The notes beneath the pieces are model-generated. The model was not told where the DNA came from. It did not search any database and saw nothing but the letters and a program-made list of their open reading frames with translations. Positions 13,769-26,025 of a stretch of DNA of 64,000 bases are shown in pieces; within the stretch, counting starts at the first letter, position 1; each line of letters begins with the position of its first letter. This DNA comes from Ruditapes philippinarum (taxonomy: Eukaryota): the NCBI RefSeq assembly GCF_026571515.1, contig NW_026858315.1, forward strand, positions 62,001-126,000, read 5' to 3'. Both the position numbers and the translations under genes were made by a program.

Positions 13769-15866
13769 TGTCAAAATTACTGGAAATTTCTTTTTCTAAA
13801 TATTATCGTAATTTTATTACACGTTTAATTGAATTTGTACTGTTGTATTGTTTTAATGAAGGTGCTACTGACCAGTATTAATTTATAAAAACGACATGCT
13901 GGTAAATTTGACAAATAAAATTACAATAATTCTACCGAATTTATACTTTTATTTCAACCATTGAAATACTTACGGAAGCGTTGAAGTGCTTACACACAGC
14001 AAACTCTTTATATTTTGATACAAATCTAAACTATATTAACTTTTATGAACTTTATAAGAAAAACATTAATTGAAATCAAATAAGACTTCAGAGATTTTTC
14101 TAGAAAAAGTTACACTATTTTGCTTTGAATATTTAAAGTTTTTAACATTTTTGGATGTTCATTTGCGATGTTTGTTTATCATATTCATATTTTAGAAAGG
14201 TTGCATGAGACAATGCTATAATTTTTATAAACTCTGTATGCAATGTATGTAGGTGAAGATTATGCTATAATACGTTCTTATTGATTTTATTAGTAGAACT
14301 TACATGAGATATATATAGATTATAAACAGTACTATTTTATTGTTCTATCATGCGGTGGGAGGGTATCGGGGTGGGAGTAGATGATCTCTTTTTGTTATAT
14401 TATGAAAATATATTGCCAAAACTGTTCACGATTGAATCAAGTTACAATAAACAGTATTGATATGAAATGACATCCGACATCGCCACTTAAAGGGTGGACG
14501 TATTAGAAATATGATACGACCTAGATATATGATGATAAATAATATTATATTGAATTGGCACGTAATGTAAATCTAAAAAATTACCAAAGTATTGATACTT
14601 TGTCAAGAATAATCTTGTGTACAAAAGTGAACATTATAATATGGTCATAATGTCACGTATTGTTTACGATTGTATATCCTTAGCTTGTGCAGATGTTATG
14701 TTTTCCTTACAATTTAAATGACACTGACAACTTCAATATTGATCCTCTGTCTATTAGTTAGGACATATCTTTCTTCGGTGAGCATTTAAATACTATGTAT
14801 ATGGAATATTTCGTCCTTAACATGCCATCACTTATGCTGGACTGAGAAGAAAGCATGACACTTATTTGAGCCACAAATTTGAGTTAACTGAAAGTAACCC
14901 ATACTAAAGTCTTGTGCAATATGAGGAAAAATAACTGTAATTAAATCAGGACTCGAACTGATGTTCCCAGGTTTAAAACGAGCCAGATATATGACCTACA
15001 ACGCATCTGCCTTTCTAAATACAAACGATTTACTAATTTCAATTAAAAATAATGTCGTGTAGAGGATGATAAAAAACTGCGTAAAGGATTATAAGACAAT
15101 TATTTGTACTATTGTAACTAACATTTTCCACAAGTATCAACAGATTTAGGTAATTATATTTCTATATGTATTATCTAATTGCAAAGGGTCAGTTTAAACA
15201 TAATTAATTACTTAAATTAAAACAATTGAAAAATAGCCTTAAGGTTGCTCTAGCTTGCTTTCTGGAATCAGCCAGAACTTGTTAAATATGAGCACATTTG
15301 GTCACAAACCCAATAGATCTAGGGCTCGAACACGAGAGTGATAGGCATCTACCTCTTTACCTTACTTTTAACTTGCCCTTTAATGTCACCTCCGATCAAT
15401 AAACGTCTGATTGATCTTGAACAAACATCGTCCTGACATCTGAACGCTTTAAAAATGAAAAACAAAATATCAGAGAGTGACGAAGTTTACCAGATATACA
15501 AAAACTATTAATGTATGTTATACCTTAACTGCATCAGAATTTCTATCATATTTGATGAATGGAACTTATTTTGCTACGTGACTTCAAATAAAAAGATATA
15601 CTTCAAACGTACATTTGAAGTTCAGTTTAAGTAGTTTTCAAAGATAAGAAATGGCACGTTTCTTTTCCATTTTATATACGTCATCAGTCAGATAAGATTT
15701 CAAACTTCCTTGATATAAATCTCTCAATATAAGGCGTAGAAAAACATTTTTTTCCTTCATTAAAATTGTAATTATATTAGTAAATTGTTGTTTAATGTTC
15801 ATATAATAAACGTGTTCAAGAAAAAAGAAGGAAAGAACAGGGCCACTTTATGACCATTATTTGAGT

Positions 15867-16101
15867 GAGCCGCGTCATGACAAAACGAACGTAATGCGTT
15901 TGCGACCAGCATGGATCCAGACCAGTCTGCGCATCCGTGCAGTCTGATCAGGATCCATGCTGTTCGCTATCAGTTTCTCTACTTGTTATAGGGTTTGTAA
16001 GCGAACAGAATGGATCCGGATCAGACTGCGCGGATTCGCAGGCTGGTCTGGACCCATGCTGGTCGCAAACCTATTATGTTGGTTTTGTCATGACGCGGCT
16101 C
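15867..16101. mobile_element. Palindromic MITE, family M1 (GAGCC...GGCTC, Sola-like)
   Basis: ~100-bp inverted arms gagccgcgtcatgacaaaac...ggatccagaccag / ctggtctgg...gttttgtcatgacgcggctc; five copies in the window. Confidence 0.85.
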
Positions 16102-17726
16102 ATTTATCGTTATAAACATTCTGTGTATCTCTACCAATGATACTTCTCTTTTCATAGGGTAATACGGTGAAGTGCAAATTGGTAACCCGAGAACTGCAAT
16201 AATACCCGAGGCGAAGCCTCAACGCTATGCAGCCATTCAGAGAACTAGAAGATTACTCGCCCCTTGGGAATATTTCCTGTTTATATTTATTTTCAGAATG
16301 ATAGATCGGAACAATACCGTGTGATGACACATTACTTAGGCTATATAGTATAGTTTACGTGAGGTTTAATAACATATATTATAATTTGACTTTATTTCAA
16401 ACAAAATTTATCGTATGTTGTAATATATTGGTATTCCTTCCACATATTAAAGGTGTTGATAACTGTTTAATGACAAGCTTGTAAGATGGTAGGTAACTAC
16501 ATTATCACGGTATAAGCATACTGGTCACATAATATAGTAGTCTCCCTTTATCAAACAGTTATATGCATATACGGATAGGGGTAACCTGTTGGTTAAGGTA
16601 CCCGCCTCTTAACCAAGGGATAGGAGGTGCGATCCCTACTTTGGCCACAGCCATGTTTCCCTATAACAAAAACAGTAGAGCAAGTTTCAGTACGCGAACT
16701 CGAGAGAGGTTCAAAATAAAGCACTGAATTTCCTCACATTCGGGCTGGCGGTGATAAAAATTATCAATAACATTACATTTGTGATATGAACTCGTTTAAG
16801 ATTGACATTGTATGACAAAACTTAAATTAATTATGAAGTATTCTGCAAGATCACACAATCTGAAGAGCGTTAAGTCATATTAAATGTTTGTGTTTCTTTT
16901 AATCAAATGTCAAATAACAGCATTTTGAAAATTTCTTTGCTATTGAAATCATTAATTTTGTAAATGTTTACTTCATATTACGCGAAATTAAGACACGGGG
17001 TAGAGACAGTTACTTACCGATTATTTCTTTTTCATATAAAGCAAATGACATTGTAAATGTAGAAGTTTCCTTAAGGCGAAAGTCAGGCATGGTTATTTTA
17101 ATTTTCCATCAGCTACAATACAAGATCTTAAAAAGAAGACTCAAGCGAACAAATTCAAGCAGTTGATTTATTTCTATCGAACAAAAAATATTTTATTTAT
17201 TTCAATTAAAACGTACCTTTTTACGTAATTTGCGTTATTTGTAAAATGATATGTCTTTTCCACATTGAAATATTACGCATTTTCAAAACATTTTTAGACT
17301 TTTAAATGAAAAGAACAAAGTGGCGATAATATTATGTAAAATACAGGAAATAAACTTTATAAAATAATAGAAATAAAATAATTATTTCATATGAATACAT
17401 GTACCGCACATTCCGTTACTTGTTAATTAAACTCCATTCTATATACATTCATAATTAAACTTCTAATTAAGCAGAATATTTTAGCCAATAAACGATCTGT
17501 ACTTCGTACGTAAAATTAAAGTTGTTTTATTTTCTATTTATACAAACAAAAGACATTGTGAGTTATTTTTACTGTTAATTCAGGTGTATCATTACATAAA
17601 TGGTGAGGGGTAATAACATAAACTAACAACTATATTGGTACACGTTAGTATATTGTTATTTGTCGACTCAGTTTGACAATGTTTAAACATCTTCTGCAGT
17701 AAGTTATAAAAATCTTGGTTGCTTGG

Positions 17727-18020
17727 TATGGTGGCATATTTCTGCCACCAGATAACCATATAACTAACTAGTTAATTAAGAGGTTAACTAGTTACGTAAC
17801 TAGTTAACCTGATACCAAACTAGTTAATTATCAGGTTAACTAGTTACGTAACTAGTAAACCTCTTAATTAACTAGTTAGGTATCAGGTTAACTAGTTACG
17901 TAACTAGTTAACCTCTTAATTAACTAGTTAGGTATCAGGTTAACTAGTTACGTAACTACTTAACCTCTTAATTAACTAGTAAGTTATCAGGTTATCTGGT
18001 GGCAGAAATATGCCACCATA
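17727..18020. mobile_element. MITE with TATGG...CCATA termini and 6-bp TSD GCTTGG (IS3EU-like), containing an AACTAGTT palindrome array
   Basis: Perfect 31-bp TIR tatggtggcatatttctgccaccagataacc; GCTTGG at 17721-17726 and 18021-18026. Confidence 0.85.
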
Positions 18021-18351
18021 GCTTGGTAAAAAATATTATCGTTAATGATTCTCATCGAACGGAAATTTCTGTAAATGTTGCAAGAGTTTTATGCAAAAAT
18101 GTATTTAGGAAACATGAGGTAGTAAAAATAAATATTTTGATACGTTGATTTTAAATATGTTTGATACGGATTAGGCAACATATTGGAATAAGCTTGATGT
18201 TAACAAAAAAACCCATCTCAAATACCTATGTAAGTGTTTGTTTTCAACATCTTAAGCAAAGTGTAACTAATACTGATTACTAACTAACTATTTCAATTTG
18301 AAAGCACAATAAACGTAAGAATGTGGTATCTAAGTGAAATATTAATTCGAG

Positions 18352-18520
18352 TTATCAGCTAGCTTACGAAACGTCAGTGGTTCTATTCAGGTGCCCGTTT
18401 GTGTCTGAAATAATGCACAGAAGGGCGCCTGAGATCTTCCTCCATCAGTAAACTTGAAACGCCGCCATATGACCTATACTGTGTCGATGTGACGCAAAAC
18501 CCAATCAATCAAACAAACAA
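18352..18520 (+). mobile_element. SINE 3' part (Meta/MESC-like central domain)
   Basis: gtggttctattcaggtgccc...gaaataatgcac...cctccatc...cgccatatgacctata...(aaac)n; homologous to 52038-52308. Confidence 0.65.
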
Positions 18521-18568
18521 TTCCAGTTATTACTCTTTGTAAATGTCGTGCTCTTAAAACTTTTCTGT

Positions 18569-19915
18569 CTACCCATCGATACTTTTATTCTTACATTGCT
18601 TTTTGCAAATCTTTCTACATGAGACTCCAGATATGAAAAAGTTAACCGCCATTATAGAATTACATATAATTGCAAGCTCGAAAAGTAAATCATAGGAACT
18701 GGTGATATCACGAATAAATCCTCCAAAGTATCCTCCGAGGCAAAATCCTACACCTAGAAAAATATTCCATATTGAATATATCGCCCCGTAAAGCTCAGAA
18801 GGATATATCTCTAGTAGAATTACTGGAATTTGTGGAAAGAAAAGTCCTAAAGAAAATCCATTGAGAATAGCACCTACTAATATACCAAAGTAAGATCCAG
18901 TAAACAAGATGACAGCATGCGATGCTGCAATCATCATCGTAAAGACTGTAATTTGAATCAAACAGTTTCCCGAGTGGAATATCAATTTTGATGCAAGTGT
19001 TACAATTCTTCCAGCAAGGTTTGCAAGCCCCATGTATGAAAGGAATAACGCACCTGTTGCTCTACCATATCCTTTGAGAATCATGTGATCTACAAGGAAA
19101 TTGCTTTCAACAAAAACGCTAAACGCTATAAGTAAACCGTTAATAAGCAATGGATACAGTCGCCATTCCTTAAATACACAACTATCAAAAAGCTTTCCTC
19201 CTGAGCTAGATTCAGTTAAAGGTTTTGAACTAACGGTGTCTTTTTCAATGTAGTAGATAATGATACCACATGGAATCAGATTTGCCATAAATGCTGACAT
19301 AACCAAGAGAGTTCCATTCCAGTTATATTGCTCAAGTAAACACTCAATGAAATAAGGGAAACAAAACTGTCCAATACTAGGGCCTGTATATATGGCCGCA
19401 AATGCCGCTTGTTTCCATTTCACAAATATATCATTAATAAGCACTTTTGGTCCAAAGGAAGTTATTGAAGCCCCGATTCCCGCTATGACACCAATACATA
19501 AAATCAGCACCCAGATACTTGTTGCAAATTGTGCAAGAAACACACCTGCAACAACAAAACACGACCCTAATATTACACAAACTCCTTGTCCAAATCGTAC
19601 TGCTATAGGATTCCATAGAATAACTCCTCCTAAGTTGAATGCAGTGAATAAGTTCTGTATTAAGGCGGCATCAGAACTTTTGGAGCTGAAAACTCGGATA
19701 AATTCCGGGTATAAAACACTCAAGCAGTAGCCAAACCCTATCGAGAAAACGTATATCAACACCGTTGTAAACACAAGACAAAATGTTTGTACATTTAGAC
19801 AAGTTAACCTATGTTCCTGTTCTATTATTTTCTCACTTGTATCACGAAATGTCTTCAAATTCCCATATGTTATAACATTTCCGTGCTTAATTACATCGGT
19901 TTCTGCAAGTGTCAT
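18569..19915 (-). CDS. MFS transporter, monocarboxylate transporter (SLC16/MCT)-like, intronless, ~448 aa
   Basis: About 12 hydrophobic helices in two halves; MCT-like segments (ARFGQGVCVILG-type loop, GVIAGIGASI, EQYNWNGTLLVMSAFMANLIPCG, GLANLAGR, GGFIRDITSSY). First ATG is at 19915; the track ORF starts at a TTG that follows a stop. Confidence 0.85.
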   Translation of the reverse strand: MTLAETDVIKHGNVITYGNLKTFRDTSEKIIEQEHRLTCLNVQTFCLVFTTVLIYVFSIGFGYCLSVLYPEFIRVFSSKSSDAALIQNLFTAFNLGGVILWNPIAVRFGQGVCVILGSCFVVAGVFLAQFATSIWVLILCIGVIAGIGASITSFGPKVLINDIFVKWKQAAFAAIYTGPSIGQFCFPYFIECLLEQYNWNGTLLVMSAFMANLIPCGIIIYYIEKDTVSSKPLTESSSGGKLFDSCVFKEWRLYPLLINGLLIAFSVFVESNFLVDHMILKGYGRATGALFLSYMGLANLAGRIVTLASKLIFHSGNCLIQITVFTMMIAASHAVILFTGSYFGILVGAILNGFSLGLFFPQIPVILLEIYPSELYGAIYSIWNIFLGVGFCLGGYFGGFIRDITSSYDLLFELAIICNSIMAVNFFISGVSCRKICKKQCKNKSIDG

Positions 19916-20103
19916 ATCGACAGTATTATTTGGAGACAATTATTTTCAACAATGATGTTTTATATCAATTAGAACACCGATGTGATGAGTACAATCATGT
20001 AATATTTCTGGCTGCATTGGTTGGAAATGATTTTCTTTTATGCAAATTTGAAATTGGAAGTTTCTACATTACTTTTAACACACGTTGTATCATAATACAA
20101 AAT

Positions 20104-20313
20104 CAGCCGCGCCATGACAAAACCAACATAATGCGTTTGCGACGAGCATGGATCCAGACCAGCCTGCGCATTCGCGCAGTCTGATCAGGATCCATACTGC
20201 TCGCTATCAGTTTCTCTACTTGTTTTAGGGTTTGCAAGCGAACAGCATGGATCCTGATCAGACTGCGCGGATGCGCAGACTGGTCTGCATCCGTGTTGGT
20301 CGCAAACGCATTA
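20104..20313. mobile_element. MITE family M1, right end truncated
   Basis: Same arms as 15867-16101. Confidence 0.8.
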
Positions 20314-20784
20314 AGTGACATTAGTTATAGCTTCTGTATTTGTTTAAAACATGAGTCATTTCAGGAGAGATGAATACTGCAAAGAAAATGTTTAGAATGC
20401 TTTGGACACACGTAGTGGAGTTGCACTCAAGTAATGATTATATATTTTTATATGTATAATATTTTATATTAGTTTCAGAGACGATTGGTCTTATAAAAAG
20501 CGGACGATTGTTATTATAAAAAGCGGCGTAATAATTTGCGTTTATGTATTCTGTTTAAAATATAATAATAATTATGCATTTGAATGTATATCTCAATCAA
20601 CAGCTGTATTATGAATCAGAAAGTTTGTAGCTTTAAACGTACTGCTAAATATTGAACTTTTAATAAAGCGACACATATTTATCAGTTAAAGTTGTCGTAA
20701 GCCAAAACATAGGCGAGAAACTGTAGGCGCTCAACTTAATTAATAGTGAATACATACATTTGTTATAATTGTATCAACAAAATT

Positions 20785-21235
20785 TTAACTCGGAACAATA
20801 CACAACTGCTATATATCAATAAAATAATAACGTGAATAAATACATTATTTTTACAAATCTACAAGATTTTATTTAACAAATGGTATATATCAACAAGAAG
20901 TGTTGCTGAAAAATACACAATTGCTATATATTAACAAAATAAAGACGTGGGAAACACACGATTACTACATATCACAAAAATAATTACATGGAAAACACAC
21001 ATCTGCTATATATGATAACGTGGAAAACACACAATTGTTACACATCAACATAATAATAACGTGGAAAAACACATAATTGCTGTATATCAATAAAATAGTG
21101 ACGTGAAAAAAACACTCAATTGCTATATATCAACACAATAATGATTTGGAAAAATAAAAACACACAATTGCTACATAACAACAAAATAATAACTTAGAAA
21201 AAAACGCCATTGCTTTATAACAACAAATACAAATT
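20785..21235 (+). repeat. Degenerate ~44-bp minisatellite
   Basis: Repeated aacgtggaaaacacacaattgctatatatcaacaaaataat-like unit, about 10 copies. Confidence 0.8.
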
Positions 21236-21332
21236 GCTTCTTAGAGTATATTTCATTTCTACAAAAATAGTAAAACAAAAAGAAAATGTCAAAGTTTGAA
21301 ATTTAATTCTATATTGAATGTAGATAATAAGT

Positions 21333-21703
21333 AATAGAAGGAGCATCGAAACACGAGGCTATCTGATTTGTACGAGGGGGCGTAGCCCCCGAGTATTAAT
21401 CAGATTGCCGAGTGTTTTGATGTTCTTTCTCTTTTGTATCATAGTCAAACATAAAAACACGTTCCCTGTTGTCACAATATGAAACCCCGGAGAAAAGTAA
21501 CCAATGAACGAGCATCTAAATATGACATTTCTGTCGCTTTCGTCACAATAAGTAAACCCCAGCAAAAATGAGCCAATCAATGGGCATGCTCTGGAGTGCG
21601 GGTAACTAATACCTGCACTCCAGTTAACGCACGGTGCATGTATATGTATACGATTTAACTCGGACACATTTTCAACAAAAATGTCCCCAAACTATGATAC
21701 AAT
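21333..21703 (+). repeat. ~390-bp dispersed repeat, copy 2
   Basis: See 8839-9230. Confidence 0.85.
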
Positions 21704-21827
21704 AATGATTTAGTCGCTTCATTCATTTAACCCTGAAAGTGTTTTATACACAAAATACCCAGGTGTTAAAATACATGTAAATACACAGGTGTTTCAAAAA
21801 TAAGAATGTCGTTGCATTGTCTTAATA

Positions 21828-22234
21828 TCGAATATGGAAGAGAGGCAAAATAGACTATGTGAATTGTGTGATAAGCTAACAATTGAGGATGAATTTCATT
21901 TTGTACTGGAATGTAACATATTTAAAGACATACGTATGAAATATATTCCAAGATATTATAGGCAGAGACCTAGTATGATGAAATTTGTTGAACTTATGAA
22001 AACAGAGAACAAACGTTTACTTAATAACATCGCATTATATTTGTTAAAGGCATTTAACAAACGGCAAGAGTTGCTTAACCGTGATTAAAATACAACACTC
22101 TCGTAAATATGATAAAATGTGTATTTATATAAGAATATTATTGCCATGTATGTATATATTTTTTGTATATGTCTATATGCTGTACCATGCATACGACTAA
22201 ATAAACCTTCTGTTCTGTTCTGTTCTGTTCTGTT
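21828..22234 (+). mobile_element. 5'-truncated non-LTR retrotransposon (LINE) 3' end
   Basis: ORF2 C-terminal CCHC knuckle RLCELC...EDEFHFVLEC, stop at 22088, AATAAA and a (TGTTC)n tail. Confidence 0.85.
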
Positions 22235-22295
22235 AAACATAAACATTGCTGTGATATTTATAGTTCATATAATCATACTTATTAGAATTATATAT

Positions 22296-22530
22296 GAGCC
22301 GTGTCATGACAAAACCAACATAATGGGTTTGCGACCAGCATGGATCCAGACCAGCCTGCGCATCCGCGCAGTCTAATCAGCATCCATGCTGTTCGCGTAC
22401 AAATCCTATAACAAGTAGAGAAACTGATAGCGAACAGCATGGATCCTGATCAGACTGCGCGGATGCGCAGGCTGGTCTGGATCCATGCTGGTCGCAAACC
22501 CATTATGTTGGTTTTGTCGTGACACGATTC
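22296..22530. mobile_element. MITE family M1, TSD ATAT
   Basis: Full palindrome with ATAT on both sides. Confidence 0.88.
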
Positions 22531-23003
22531 ATATGTTTTACTCATTTAAAAATTATTTGTATGCAAATCTGGAAACAAAGTGATCCCCCGGAAGCATTAA
22601 TAACAACAAAACCACATAAGAATTGTAGACTCGGTTTGATTGAGTCTGTACATGAGGGATAATGAATAAGTGCAACATCCCTCACGCCCCTAGCACCGGC
22701 TTGAGCGGTACTCAATTCTCAACACTTAATAGTGCTGGCATCAATGATCCCGAAGGACCGGAAAAATATAACAACACTGAAGTGAAGTACGGGGCAACTT
22801 TTTACAGCTGCCACACGGCACTTGACACCTGCTGTTGTGAAGTATAAAAATCTGCAAGTCCTTTGATAGAAAAAAAGGATAGTATAACGGACATTCCATT
22901 ACGTCACATGCAAATGGATCATTCGGTCTTTGTTTCCAAATCAGGAAATCACAATAAGGCAGAGGGACTAGTTCCAAAACATAAACCCCGTTTTTTGTCA
23001 TTT

Positions 23004-23226
23004 GAGCCGCGCCATGACAAAACCAACATAATGCATTTGCGACCAGCATGGATCCAGACCAGCCTGCGCATCCGCGCAGTCTGATCAGGATCCATGCTGT
23101 TCGCTTACCAACTCTATTACAAGTAGAGTAAGTGATAGCGAACAGCATGGTTCCTGATCAGCCTGCGCTGGTCTGGATCCATGCTGGTCACAAACGCACT
23201 ATGTTGGTTTTGTCGTGACGCGGCTC
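23004..23226. mobile_element. MITE family M1, TSD ATTT
   Basis: GAGCC...GGCTC flanked by ATTT at 23000-23003 and 23227-23230. Confidence 0.88.
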
Positions 23227-23925
23227 ATTTTAACCTTTAAATTGTAATAAGGTTATCCATTTATATGTTAGAACTAGTATCTTTCAAGGTTAAAGTAGAA
23301 AAGCACCATCATAACATATTACAGACCATATATTACGTGTACATGTATTCTTTCTATCTTCATAATGTTAAATAACGCAATTAACGCGTTTATGACTTAT
23401 AAAAATATTTACTTAATTATCTTTTTTAATGATTAAATACTTAACATTCCTGTATATACTTGTCTATACGTACGAATTGTACGTAAAGGTACAAATGTAG
23501 TACCAGATTCTTAGTGTTTATGGTATTCCGAACAGTAATCGTACACACGACGTAATGTGATAAGATTAACATAATGTATCTAACTATATAAGTGAAAATT
23601 ATCGCCAACGTTTCATCTTTCAACACGCTTCTGATAGTAAGAAATTTTAGATTTGTATTATAGAAGGTAAGAACTTTGAAGTTTGATTTTGTTTCTTAAG
23701 GTTTTGAATATATCTCAAAGAAATGAAACAAATAGTTCTTGACAGAAGTAAGTAAGCTTTCTTTAGTCGTTATGGCGTATATTAATTTTAGTTATGTTAT
23801 ATTCACAATTTATTTAACAATCATCAACTAAGGTTCTGTTGCTATTTGCGAGTAACAATGTTATTTCTAAGTGATTAAAACACAAAAAGTAAAAATGATT
23901 CAATTTGTACTTTTATTTCAGAACC

Positions 23926-26025
23926 ATGTACACAGAAAGTTTCATCGTACTTGTTAGTATAGGACTGATACAGGCAAATGTGTGCTGTTTTCCTAAACAG
24001 TATGAAGCAAACCAGGGCTTGATGAAGGCAACCGTTAAAAATGGTCAACTTTCAATTCTGTATGTGAGTATCTTACAGTAAATTAAAGTATGTGTGATCT
24101 TAGTTTTGTTTAAAATACATATTTTTGACAAGATGAGCGATGGTATGTGGAGGAAGAATTAATACTTAGTTGTTCAAATGCAGGGATTATATATTTGAAA
24201 TCGTCATTACAAAATATTTGTTTACATTGATTCGCAAGGAAAATGGTGGGTATATCTTCGCCACCTTCGAGAAAATTTTATAAATGTACAAGTTTACATT
24301 TATTTGTTTTCAGTTGTAATGCCATACATATGAATTGTGATATGACTTATCTGAATGAACTCAAATTAATTTTGTAGTTTGTAGCGATATATAACAAAAC
24401 GAAAAAACAAAACATTACACTGAAAGGTCATAAAAACAGATTTTAACTTTACGAAAATATAGTTCGATCCAATAGATAAATTACTGATGAGCACACTATA
24501 TATATATGTATTTTAAATTCTACTAAATCTTTTTTTCTTGTCAATATATGATGATAATATGTTACTACGATACTATGATACTTTGAATATGATGATATGC
24601 TAACTGCAAGTGGAAGTATCTCTTCTGTTCTGCTGTATTAAATAACTGGTTTTATATTTTCAGGGCAATCTTCACTATTGGTTTGATGGCATAAGCAAGA
24701 AAGAATTGTTTATAGAAGATCTTACAGTAGACGGTTACAATACAAGAGTTACCGTCCTTAAGGATTATAACGTTACGGTAAATGTGTAACAACATATACA
24801 ACATTTCATCTTCAGCTCCGAATTGAAACTTTCATAATTATAAAAATTGTTCAATATTTTAAAAGTTTACTCAACTCACCATGGTATCTCTTTCCTTTCG
24901 TAGTACATGTACTTTAAAAGAAATTGTTTTGTATGATTGTTCAATGTAAATCACACAAATTGATATTGCATCTACAAAACAATTTCATAACTTTGAAAGT
25001 ATACTTCCTTATTTCAGAATACAAAATATGTGATATCTGGCGATCGATGCAGTCAAAAAGCTTTGACTCCATTTAAAGAAGGCTGCATACCAGGTAAGTA
25101 CCAGACATTTTATTTCTCAGAAAAATATAAATACATGAGTATAAATCAAGCTTAATAACGCAAATACCAGATAACGTGAAATCAGTGAAGGCAGAAACAA
25201 AGAAAACTGAATAAGACATACCTTTTGAAAACGAAACGAATATGACAGTATGCTATTCTCTTTTTGTATTTCAACATAGATTGGGCGACTAAACTTGTTT
25301 CCTCGAATTACGGCTCTCAAAATTCCGGCATGAATTTCAACGTATACAACAACAGTGCGGGCTCTGTAACGTCATTCCTTATTTCTACCCAGGACTGTTT
25401 TCCCATACTTGACGTATCCGCCATTCCGCACGGAGGTGAGTGGATATTAGTTTAATATTCAATGTAAGAGGATACATCAAGTACAAAAAGAGAGAGCTCT
25501 TTTACTCATTAAAAAGTGATATATGTTGATTATAAAACAGTATAGACATGATAGATAAAGCTAAGAAAGCCCTTATAGACATGCGTAACTGTTTACGTAA
25601 CAATAATTTTACTGTTACAAGTTCGATTAATTGATTTATATAAAAGTAGACAAGAATGATCTTAGGGCATTGCTTTATAGGAACTTGTTACTGATTTTTC
25701 TTAAAGAAATATCTGATTACAGTAGTAAGGCAGCTAAACGAGAAGATGCTCCAAATCAACAAAAATGACTTTGCCAGTGATAAGGGCGTATGATCACACA
25801 ATCTGACAAATACAGCGCAAATAAATGATTATTGTTCTTGAGAAGATATACATGATATTTGTAATTTTACCTATGTTTTACATTAAAATAGAAGATATAA
25901 TCTCTATTTCAGCGAGCCCCTACATGCAAGTTGTTATGCCCTACAACTTTACAGTTGGTATAAGTGACAGCTCAGTGTTTGACATACCAGCTATCTGTAA
26001 GCAAAGCTCACTGGTAGGGAAATAA
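23926..26025 (+). CDS. Ependymin-related protein (EPDR) gene 1; exons 23926-24063, 24664-24777, 25018-25093, 25280-25435, 25913-26013/26025
   Basis: Signal peptide then CCFPKQYE, KDYN, C...CIP, YG, DCFP, NFTVGISDSSVFDIPAIC. GT-AG phases (0,0,1,1) match genes 2 and 3. Last small exon not located. Confidence 0.8.

Noticed and set aside
15937-23148. Short ORFs sharing [14 protein letters not shown]-like peptides
   Set aside because: These are translations of the M1 MITE.
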